Source: Thermoanaerobaculia bacterium (lineage in GTDB: Bacteria > Acidobacteriota > Thermoanaerobaculia > Gp7-AA8). Taken from it: a stretch of DNA of 64,000 nt. Below the pieces are notes generated by a model. The model saw only the letters and a program-made list of their open reading frames with translations, was not told the DNA's origin and ran no database searches. Positions 23,757 through 31,448 of this stretch are shown piece by piece. The stretch is from positions 5,130-69,129 of the forward strand of contig DATLOL010000031.1 in NCBI GenBank assembly GCA_035536275.1. The letters run 5' to 3'. A program made the translations under genes and the position numbers. Positions within the stretch are counted from its first letter, which is position 1. Every line of letters starts with the position of its first letter.

Positions 23757-25029
23757 GCAAACGCAGTGTCGCCACAGCGCCGCTTCCCGCGGCGCGGTTC
23801 GCAAGCGTCAACGTTCCTCCGTGCGCCTCCGCGATCTGCCTCGATAGAAACAGCCCCACACCGGTGCCGGTCGGCTTCGTCGTGAAGAACGGCACGAACA
23901 GGTTCGCGGTGCCGCTCACGCCGGGGCCGTCGTCTTCGACGGTGAGCGTCAGGCCGTCGCCGTTCACGCTCCACCGCACATCGACCCTCGACCGCGCCGC
24001 CTCGGCCGCGTTCTTCACGAGATTGATCAGCAACTGTTCGAGCTGATCCTCGTCCGCGTGCACGGATGACTCGCCGCCGTGCAGCGACACCGGGACGCGA
24101 CGTTCGAGTGCGGTCACCCGTCGCACCAGTTCGTCGATGCGCACCTCGCCGCGCTGCGGCTCCGGCAATCGCGCAAGCTGCGCATACGCGCGCGTGAACC
24201 GCGTCAGCGCGTCGGTGCGGCTGCCGATGACGCGCATGCCCGTTGCGAGATCGTCGCGCCAGTCGTCCGGCAACTCGTCGCGCTGGACGAGCTGTTCGAG
24301 CGAGGTGGCGATGGAGCGGATCGGCGCGAGAGAGTTGTTCAGCTCATGGCCGAGAACGCGCACGATGCGCCGCCAGGCCTCGGCTTCTTCCTCGCGCAAG
24401 GCGCGCGTGATGTCGGCGAGGACGAGCAGGCGATGCGGGACGCCCCGCTCGCGGAATGACGTGCGTCGGACGTCCCAGCGCCCGCCGGCGCGATCGATGG
24501 TCGTCGGCGCGTCGTCCGCGAGCAGTTCATCGAGGTTCAGCTTCGATGCCGTCTCGCCGATTAAGCGCTCGCGCGGCGTGCCGAGGAAGCGCTCGGCGGC
24601 GGGATTCACGAGCTGGAGGCGGTCGTCGCTGTCGAATGCGAAGATGGCGGCGTCGATCTGTGCGAGCACGGCGCGGAGCAGCGCCGCGGCCTCGACGGCC
24701 TCCAGCTTGCGCGACTCCATGAGGTTTGCCAGCGCGTTGACCTCGGTCATGATCTCGCCGAAAGCGTTGTCCCGCGACGCGTCGCGCGCGCGGAGCGAGT
24801 AGTCCTCCTCGCGCAGCGCCGTGATGATGTTCGACAGCGTGCGCAACGGGAACACCAGCCGTTCGTGAAGGACGTACGCGGCGATGATCACGGCGATGGC
24901 CACGATGAATGCGACCGTCCACCGCACCTTGGCGGAAAAGTCTCCGGTGAAGGCCAGGAGTAGCGCGGTCAGCGCGACCAGCGCTACGGCCAGCAGTGCC
25001 GTGATCACGATGCGGCGTTCGTAGGACAT
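23731..25029 (-). CDS. Membrane sensor histidine kinase (TM-HAMP-PAS-HisKA-HATPase)
   Basis: Track ORF. It has two N-terminal TM segments, the H-box LGHELNNSLAPI, the N-box LINLVKNAAEA, and G-boxes DDGPGV and GTGVGL. Its 3' end overlaps the AAA+ gene convergently by 26 nt. Confidence 0.85.
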   Translation of the reverse strand: MSYERRIVITALLAVALVALTALLLAFTGDFSAKVRWTVAFIVAIAVIIAAYVLHERLVFPLRTLSNIITALREEDYSLRARDASRDNAFGEIMTEVNALANLMESRKLEAVEAAALLRAVLAQIDAAIFAFDSDDRLQLVNPAAERFLGTPRERLIGETASKLNLDELLADDAPTTIDRAGGRWDVRRTSFRERGVPHRLLVLADITRALREEEAEAWRRIVRVLGHELNNSLAPIRSIATSLEQLVQRDELPDDWRDDLATGMRVIGSRTDALTRFTRAYAQLARLPEPQRGEVRIDELVRRVTALERRVPVSLHGGESSVHADEDQLEQLLINLVKNAAEAARSRVDVRWSVNGDGLTLTVEDDGPGVSGTANLFVPFFTTKPTGTGVGLFLSRQIAEAHGGTLTLANRAAGSGAVATLRLPTSPSAAR

Positions 25030-25067
25030 ATAGGACCTATACGACCTATAGGACCTATAGGCCGTAG
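25021..25067. repeat. 9-bp tandem repeat (TATAGGACC, about 4.5 units), inverted copy of 5221-5260
   Basis: Read directly: gtaggaca tataggacc tatacgacc tataggacc tataggccg tag. It fills the whole 25-nt gap between the ntrC-like stop (TAG 25055-25057) and the kinase ATG (25029). Confidence 0.9.
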
Positions 25068-26389
25068 CGCTGCATTCTGCGATAAAGCGCGCCTCGGGAG
25101 AGGCCTAAGGCCTCCGCGGCCTTGCTCACGTTTCCGTCGTAGCGCACCAGCGCTTTGCGGATGAGCAACGCCTCGACGTCCTCGATGCTCATGTCGTCGA
25201 TGCGTTGCTCGGCGGGGGGCTGGAGTCCGAGGGCGTTGCGGGGGATGGTGGCACCGGTGGTCATGAGCACGGCGCGCTCGACGACGTGATCGAGCTCGCG
25301 CACGTTGCCGGGCCAGGCGTGATCGAGCAGGGCCTTGATCGCGGACGGGTCGAACGACGCGACGCTCTTGCGATAGCGCTGGGCGTGGTGGGTGAGGAAG
25401 TGCGCGGCGAGGAGCGGGATGTCCTCGCGGCGATCGCGCAGCGGCGGGAGGCGGATCTCCACAGTGTTCAGCCGGAACAGCAGGTCCTGGCGGAAGCGGC
25501 CCGCCGCCACCTCGTCTTCGAGCGAGGCGTTGGTGGCGGAGAGGAGCCGCACATCGACGCGCCGCGTCTGCGACGAGCCGACGCGCTCGAATTCGCCCGC
25601 CTCCACGACCCGCAACAGTTTGGCCTGCTGCGCCGGCGGCACGTTCGCGATCTCGTCCAGGAAGAGCGTACCGCCGTCGGCGAGCTCGAAGCGGCCGACG
25701 CGGTCCGCGCGCGCGTCGGTGAACGCGCCTTTCACGTGCCCGAACAACTCGCTCTCGAAGATCGTCTCGGAGAGGCCGCCCGCGTTCACCGTCACCAGCG
25801 GCTTGGCCGAACGCTTCGACGCCGCATGCAGTGCGCGCGCGACCACGCCTTTCCCCGTGCCGTTCTCGCCGCGGATCAATACGTTCGCGTCCGACGGCCC
25901 GACGCGCTCGACGATCTCCAGCACCGGGCGCATCGCCGGCGACGTCGCGATGAAGTCGACGCCGCGCGGCGTGAAGCCGCTCTCCAGCCGCTCCGACTTG
26001 CGCAGCGCGCGACCGAGCTCGATCTGGTTGCGCACGATGGCCAGCACGCGGGCGTTGTCCCAGGGCTTCTCGATGAAGTCGCGCGCGCCTTTCTGCATGG
26101 CCTCGACCACGAGCTGGATCGACGCCCAGGCGGTCATCACGACGATCGGCAGCGTGCGATCGAATGCGTGCAGATGCTCGAGCAGCTCGAGGCCTTCGCT
26201 GCCCGAGGTCGTGTCGCGCGTGTAATTGAGATCGATGAGGACGAGGTCGAACTGGCGCGCGCCGACGGCGCGGATCACGGCGCCGGGCGACGTCGCCGTC
26301 TCGATCTCGAAACCCTCCGGCTTCAGTAGCAGCCGGAGGGCTTCGATGACGTCGGTCTGATCGTCGGCGATGAGGATGCGGGGCTTCAC
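25055..26389 (-). CDS. Sigma-54-dependent response regulator (NtrC family)
   Basis: Track ORF. It combines a receiver domain, an AAA+ domain (GENGTGKG, ESELFGHVKGAFTDA as a GAFTGA variant) and a C-terminal Fis-type HTH. Confidence 0.9.
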   Translation of the reverse strand: MKPRILIADDQTDVIEALRLLLKPEGFEIETATSPGAVIRAVGARQFDLVLIDLNYTRDTTSGSEGLELLEHLHAFDRTLPIVVMTAWASIQLVVEAMQKGARDFIEKPWDNARVLAIVRNQIELGRALRKSERLESGFTPRGVDFIATSPAMRPVLEIVERVGPSDANVLIRGENGTGKGVVARALHAASKRSAKPLVTVNAGGLSETIFESELFGHVKGAFTDARADRVGRFELADGGTLFLDEIANVPPAQQAKLLRVVEAGEFERVGSSQTRRVDVRLLSATNASLEDEVAAGRFRQDLLFRLNTVEIRLPPLRDRREDIPLLAAHFLTHHAQRYRKSVASFDPSAIKALLDHAWPGNVRELDHVVERAVLMTTGATIPRNALGLQPPAEQRIDDMSIEDVEALLIRKALVRYDGNVSKAAEALGLSRGALYRRMQRYGL

Positions 26390-26395
26390 TGCGGC

Positions 26396-28807
26396 CTAGT
26401 CGTATCGGATTGCGACGAGCGGATCAACTTTCGCGGCACGCCGGGCCGGCAGATACGACGCCAGGAGCGCGGTGCCGGCGATCATCACGACGATCGCGGC
26501 GAACGTCCACGGGTCGGCCGGCTTCACGCCGTAGAGCAGGGACGACATCGCCCGCGACGACATGAGCGCACCGGCGACTCCGATCGCCGTGCCGATGCCG
26601 ACCAGCTTCGCGGCGTGGCCGACGATCAGGCGGAACACGTCGTGCGTGCCGGCGCCGAGGGCCATGCGGATCCCGATCTCGGCGGTGCGCTGCGTGACGG
26701 CGTAGCTCATCACGCTGAAGATGCCCACCGCCGCGAGGATCAGGGCCAGGATGGCCAGCACCGCGAGCAGCATCAGGTTGAAGCGACGGGTTGCCAGCGA
26801 CTCCTGTCGCGTACCGGCCAGGAGCTCGATGCCGACGATGGGCTGCTGCCGGTCGAGCCGCCGCACCAGCGCGCGGAGCGCGGGCGCCATCGACGCCGCG
26901 TTCTGCGATCGCACGACGTAGCTCATGAATCTACGCGGACTCTGCGCGTGGGGCAGGAACATCGCCGGCCCCGCCTCCTCGGTCAGGCTGCGCCAGCGGA
27001 CGTCGCCGACCACTCCGACGATCTCGCGGATGTGCTCGGGGCTGAACTCGATCTTGCGGCCGATCGGGTTCTCGTTCGGGAAGTACTCGCGCACGAAAGC
27101 CTGATTCACGACCATGACGCCCGGTGCTTTCTGGATGTCGGTAGGCAGGATGTCCCGTCCGCGAATCAGGGTAATGCGCATCGCTTCGAACAGTCCCGGT
27201 GTGGCGATGAGCGACTTCGCGCCGGGCTCGCGACCGGGAGGCTGCGGAGGACGTCCGACCACCTGAAACGTATAGAAGCTCTCGTTCGGTCCGAGGGGGA
27301 CCGTGTCGACCGCGCCGACCTTCTCGACGCCGGGCATGGTCCGGAGCTCGTGCATCAGCCGCTCGTGGAAGGCCATGTACTTCGCCTCGTCGGGATAGGC
27401 GAGACTGCGCGGCGACAGGTCCAGCGCGATCGCGTTGCGATAGTCGTAGCCCGCGTCGATGCCGGTGACGTGGATGAAGCTGCGCAGCAGCAGTCCCGCG
27501 CCGGCGAGCAGCATCAGCGAGAGTGCGACCGCCGAGACGACCAGGACGCTGCGCAGGCGATTGCGCTTTCCTTCCGTCGAGCCGCGCGTTCCTTCTTTCA
27601 ACGCCTCGGTGAGATTCGGCCGCGACGCGGAGATCGCAGGCGCGAGGCCGAAGGCGAGGCCGGTCAGGATCGACAGCACGGCCGTGAAGAGCAGCACGCG
27701 GCCGTCGAGCGCGACCGTGTCGAGCCGCGGGATGTCCGACGGCGCGAACGCGAGCAGGGCATCGATGCCCCACGCCGCGAGCAGCAGTCCCACCGCACCG
27801 GCGACCAGCGAGAGCACGACGCTCTCGACCAGCAACTGCATCGTGATCCGGCGCGGCGATGCGCCGAGGGCGGCACGGACGGAGATCTCCTTGTGCCGTG
27901 AGGTGGCGCGGGCGAGGAGCAGGTTGGCCACGTTCGCGCAGCCGATCAGCAGCACGACCGCGACCGCGGCGAACAGCAGCAGCAGCGCCGGACGCACGTC
28001 CTTCACCGCATCCTCGTTCATCGACGTCGCGACCATCCGCAGGCCCGCGTTCTCGTTCGGATACTGCTTCTCGAGCCGCTGGCTGATCGTGTCCAGCTCC
28101 GCATTCACCTGCGCGAGCGTGACGCCGGGTTTGGCTTTGCCGGCGACGCCGATCCAGATCGAGTCGCGCTGCGTGCGCGCCGGACCGACGTCTTCCTCGA
28201 ACGGGATGTAGTAGTCGCGCTGCGCCTCGTCCGCGGGGAAGCGGAAGCCCGCGGGCATGACGCCGATGACCGTGCGCAGCTTGCCGGACGTGCCGAAGCG
28301 GATGGAGCGTCCAATGATCGCCGCATCGCCGTTGAAGCGGCGCTGCCAGAGCTCGTGACTGATCACGACGACCTGCGGCTCCCCCTCGCGGTCCTCGGCC
28401 TGCGAGAACCAGCGGCCGAGGCGCGGCTTCACGCCGGTGAGCTGCGGGAAGTTCGCGGGAACGTCGAGGCCCTGCATCAGCTCCGGCTCGTCGCCCTCCA
28501 TGAGGAAGGCGCGGCCGCGCGTAAAGGCGGTGACGGTCTCCATCGTCTTCGTCTGCGCGCGGAGATCGATGTAGTTCGGATACGAGTAGACCGGATACGT
28601 GTCGCCGTCGATGCGGCTAATGCCGGTGAGATTCACCAGTCGCTCGGGATTGTTGAACGGCAGCGGCCGGAGCAGGATCGCGTTGACGACGCTGAAGATC
28701 GCGGTGTTCGCGGCCAGGGCAATGGCCAGCGTGAGCACGGCCACGGCGGTGAAGCCGCGCTGTTTGATCAGCGTGCGAATGGTGTAGCGCAGGTCGTTGC
28801 GAATCAT
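26396..28807 (-). CDS. MacB/FtsX-type duplicated ABC permease (ADOP-like)
   Basis: Track ORF of 803 aa. The N-terminus [27 protein letters not shown] is followed by two MacB periplasmic-domain plus FtsX TM modules. Confidence 0.85.
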   Translation of the reverse strand: MIRNDLRYTIRTLIKQRGFTAVAVLTLAIALAANTAIFSVVNAILLRPLPFNNPERLVNLTGISRIDGDTYPVYSYPNYIDLRAQTKTMETVTAFTRGRAFLMEGDEPELMQGLDVPANFPQLTGVKPRLGRWFSQAEDREGEPQVVVISHELWQRRFNGDAAIIGRSIRFGTSGKLRTVIGVMPAGFRFPADEAQRDYYIPFEEDVGPARTQRDSIWIGVAGKAKPGVTLAQVNAELDTISQRLEKQYPNENAGLRMVATSMNEDAVKDVRPALLLLFAAVAVVLLIGCANVANLLLARATSRHKEISVRAALGASPRRITMQLLVESVVLSLVAGAVGLLLAAWGIDALLAFAPSDIPRLDTVALDGRVLLFTAVLSILTGLAFGLAPAISASRPNLTEALKEGTRGSTEGKRNRLRSVLVVSAVALSLMLLAGAGLLLRSFIHVTGIDAGYDYRNAIALDLSPRSLAYPDEAKYMAFHERLMHELRTMPGVEKVGAVDTVPLGPNESFYTFQVVGRPPQPPGREPGAKSLIATPGLFEAMRITLIRGRDILPTDIQKAPGVMVVNQAFVREYFPNENPIGRKIEFSPEHIREIVGVVGDVRWRSLTEEAGPAMFLPHAQSPRRFMSYVVRSQNAASMAPALRALVRRLDRQQPIVGIELLAGTRQESLATRRFNLMLLAVLAILALILAAVGIFSVMSYAVTQRTAEIGIRMALGAGTHDVFRLIVGHAAKLVGIGTAIGVAGALMSSRAMSSLLYGVKPADPWTFAAIVVMIAGTALLASYLPARRAAKVDPLVAIRYD

Positions 28808-29565
28808 GCGTACGCCTCGGTGATCCGGAAGCCGCTGTCCGCCAGCGCCGCCTCCGCATCGCGCGCGTGCGTTTCCTCGACGATGCGCCCGTCGAAGAGG
28901 TGAACGGTGCGATCCGCGTACTTCGTGAAGCGCGGGTCGTGGGTGACCATGCAGATGGTGGCGCCGCCGCGGTGAAGATCGCGCAGCAGCTCCATGACCT
29001 GCTCGCCGTTCTTGGAGTCGAGGTTGCCGGTCGGCTCGTCGGCGAGGAGGATGGCCGGCTCGCCGCCGAGGGCGCGGGCAACGGCGACGCGCTGCTGCTG
29101 GCCGCCCGAGAGCTGGCTCGGATAGTGACGCATGCGGTGAGCCATGCCGACGCGCTCGAGCGCGGTCTCGACGCGGCGCTTGCGCTCAGCCGTCGGAAGC
29201 TTGCGGTAGGTCAGCGGCAGCTCGACGTTCTCGTAGACCGTGAGATCGCCGATCAGATTGAAGGACTGAAAGATGAAGCCGATCTCCTTGTTGCGGATAC
29301 GCGCGCGTTCTGCGGCGCCGAGCTTTTCCACCTGCTCGCCGGAGAGAGTGTAGGTGCCGGCGCTCGGCGTGTCGAGCAGACCCAGGATCGAGAGCAGGGT
29401 CGACTTGCCGCAGCCGGACGGGCCGCCGATCGACACGTACTCGCCCTTGCGGACTTCGAAGTGCACGTCGGAGAGGGCGTGCGTCTCCAGCTCGTCGGTG
29501 TAGAAGATCTTGCTCACGGCGTTCAGGCGAATCAGGGGCTCATTCATGTCAGGCGTTCTCCTCAC
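28804..29565 (-). CDS. ABC transporter ATP-binding protein (MacB/LolD type)
   Basis: Track ORF. It has Walker [10 protein letters not shown], the signature LSGGQQQR and Walker B ILLADEPT. The GTG at 29565 gives a GTGA overlap; an alternative ATG lies at 29547. Confidence 0.9.
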   Translation of the reverse strand: MRRTPDMNEPLIRLNAVSKIFYTDELETHALSDVHFEVRKGEYVSIGGPSGCGKSTLLSILGLLDTPSAGTYTLSGEQVEKLGAAERARIRNKEIGFIFQSFNLIGDLTVYENVELPLTYRKLPTAERKRRVETALERVGMAHRMRHYPSQLSGGQQQRVAVARALGGEPAILLADEPTGNLDSKNGEQVMELLRDLHRGGATICMVTHDPRFTKYADRTVHLFDGRIVEETHARDAEAALADSGFRITEAYA

Positions 29566-30803
29566 TGGATCTTGATTTCGTCATATTTGTCGAAAGCGGA
29601 ATCGTCGGAAACGATGACCCGGTCGCCCGGGGCGAGGCCGCTGCGGACCTCGATGGCGGTGGCGGATGCGCGTCCGAACACGACCTTCACGCGCTCGGCG
29701 CGGTCGCCGCTGACGCGGAACACCGTGCCCTGCGCGTTCTCCTGCGCGCGCACCGGACGGGCGACGTGAATGACGTCGGTCAGGCGCTCCAGCTCGATGG
29801 TGGCGTCGACGCTCAGATCGGGACGCGCGCCGGCGGGCAGCGGCCCGTCGATCGACAGGTCGACGAGCACGGTGCCGTTGCTCGCGGCCGGGTCGATTCG
29901 CGCGACGTGCGCCTCCACCACGCCGGTGCGCGTATCGAGCTGCGCGCGCTGGCCGACGGCGAGGTCTTTGGCCTGCACTTCGGCCACGCGGATCTCCGCT
30001 TTCAGACGCTCCGGCTGCGCGACGCGCGCGAGTGTCGTTCCGGGAGTGACGCGCTGTCCGGCCTGCACGGCGACCTGCTGCAGCACGCCGTCGATGCCGG
30101 CGCGCACCTGCATGGAGGCGACGCGCTGCTGCTGCAGATCGGTCATCGCCCGGCGCTGCTCGACCTCGGCCTGCAACGCCGCGAGACGCGAACGCTGCGA
30201 CGAGGCGAGCATGCCCAGGCGCTGTTCTTCGAACTTCACGCGTTGTTCGAGCGACGTCGCCGCGGACTCGGATAACTCTTTGGTGATGTTGGCGGCCAGG
30301 CCGGCGCTCGCGAGCTCCGCATCCGCCCTCGCCCGGAGCCGCGCCTGCTGGGCCTCGGCGCGCAGACGCGCGGCCGCCGCCTCGCGATCGAGGCGCTCGC
30401 TCTCGAGCTCCGCCCGCGCCGCGGCGTACGCGGACTCCGCGGCACGAAGCTGCCACTGGGCGTCGAGCGTCGACTGCTGCAACTGCGGATCGCTCAGCTC
30501 GAGGATCACGGTGTCGGTGGTGACGCGTGTGCCGGGCTGCACGATCACGCGCTCGACGCGGCCTTCGGTGGCGGCGGCGATCCAGCGCACGTTCTCCGGC
30601 GTGAGCACGCCGCTGCCACGCACGGCGCGCGTGAGCGGTCCCCGCGCAACGGTCTCGATGACCAGTGTCTGATCGTCGACGGGCGGCGCGGCGGGTTTGA
30701 GTCGCGCAAGGGCGACCGTAGTCAGCACGACCGCGAGGATCGCAACGGCGATCCACATCCAGCGGCGGCCGTTCTTCTTGTCGGTGGGGCGGGCGATGTC
30801 CAT
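29562..30803 (-). CDS. HlyD/MacA-type periplasmic adaptor
   Basis: Track ORF. It has an N-terminal TM segment, a long Ala/Gln/Arg-rich coiled-coil hairpin and beta-barrel C-terminal motifs. Confidence 0.85.
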   Translation of the reverse strand: MDIARPTDKKNGRRWMWIAVAILAVVLTTVALARLKPAAPPVDDQTLVIETVARGPLTRAVRGSGVLTPENVRWIAAATEGRVERVIVQPGTRVTTDTVILELSDPQLQQSTLDAQWQLRAAESAYAAARAELESERLDREAAAARLRAEAQQARLRARADAELASAGLAANITKELSESAATSLEQRVKFEEQRLGMLASSQRSRLAALQAEVEQRRAMTDLQQQRVASMQVRAGIDGVLQQVAVQAGQRVTPGTTLARVAQPERLKAEIRVAEVQAKDLAVGQRAQLDTRTGVVEAHVARIDPAASNGTVLVDLSIDGPLPAGARPDLSVDATIELERLTDVIHVARPVRAQENAQGTVFRVSGDRAERVKVVFGRASATAIEVRSGLAPGDRVIVSDDSAFDKYDEIKIQ

Positions 30804-30818
30804 GTCGCGTCGTATAGA

Positions 30819-30834
30819 CGCAACGGTTCGGCCG
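30819..30834 (-). promoter_or_regulatory. Weak sigma-54-like GG-N10-GC box
   Basis: The minus strand reads CGGCCGAACCGTTGCG. GGC and TTGC are correctly spaced but the other positions are poor. It ends 15 nt upstream of the ATG at 30803. Confidence 0.2.
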
Positions 30835-30912
30835 AGGTTAAGTCGTTGATTTGATTGACGAGGGGTGGGCGGGGCTGTCCATGCGTGGAACTCGAGTGTC
30901 CGGATGTGGACA

Positions 30913-30998
30913 GTCGCAGAGTCTCAAAGTCTCAAAGTCGCAAAGGAAGGCGGAGATCACCTCCTTTGCGACTTTGAGACTTTGCGACCTTGCGACTT
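30913..30998. repeat. Inverted arrays of an 8-bp unit (TCTCAAAG/TCGCAAAG and complement) forming a long hairpin
   Basis: The left arm is gtcgcagag tctcaaag tctcaaag tcgcaaag gaagg and the loop is cggagatca. The right arm is cctcc tttgcgac tttgagac tttgcgac cttgcgac. It lies in the divergent region between 30803 (-) and 31014 (+). Confidence 0.9.
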
Positions 30999-31013
30999 AC
31001 AATCCCCCCGTCC

Positions 31014-31448
31014 ATGCCCAAGCTCACCGCCGAAATCCCGAACGAGCTCTCGCGGCAGATCGATCGCATCATCAGCGACGGCTGGTTTCCGGATGAGGAG
31101 ACGGTCGTGCGCGAGGCGCTGCTGCAGTTCGTGGACGCGAAGTCGTTTCTCGGCGACTCTCCGCGCATGCTCCATCGGTTCGCCGCGGATGCGCTCAACG
31201 ACTCGAAGCCCGAGGTGGCGCTCAAGTTCGTGAGCCGCGGGCTGTCGCTGCTCGAGCCTCAGACCAATACCGACTTCACCCTCTACCAGGCCCTCACCGA
31301 GCTGCGCGTGCAGATCCTCCTCGTCCTCGGCCGCGACGACGAGGCCCTGGTCACACTGGAGGCGGCGCGCGAGAAGCTCCCCAACAATCCCAGCATCGCG
31401 AAGTGGATCGCGAAGCTCGAGAAGAACCGGCCCCGCGGCGAGGCGTGA
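31014..31448 (+). CDS. Small protein with a ribbon-helix-helix-like N-terminus and a TPR-like helical C-terminus
   Basis: An in-frame ATG at 31014 (residue 9 of the track ORF). MPKLTAEIPNELSRQIDRIISDGWFPDEETVVREALLQF looks like a CopG/ParD-type RHH. The stop overlaps the next gene's start (GTGA). Confidence 0.55.
   Translation: MPKLTAEIPNELSRQIDRIISDGWFPDEETVVREALLQFVDAKSFLGDSPRMLHRFAADALNDSKPEVALKFVSRGLSLLEPQTNTDFTLYQALTELRVQILLVLGRDDEALVTLEAAREKLPNNPSIAKWIAKLEKNRPRGEA

Noticed and set aside
5221-30998. Possibility that the tandem-unit arrays are CRISPR arrays
   Set aside because: The period is only 7-9 bp with no unique spacers between units. The arrays are under 100 bp, and no cas genes are present. 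The DinG-like helicase has no adjacent Csf-type genes.
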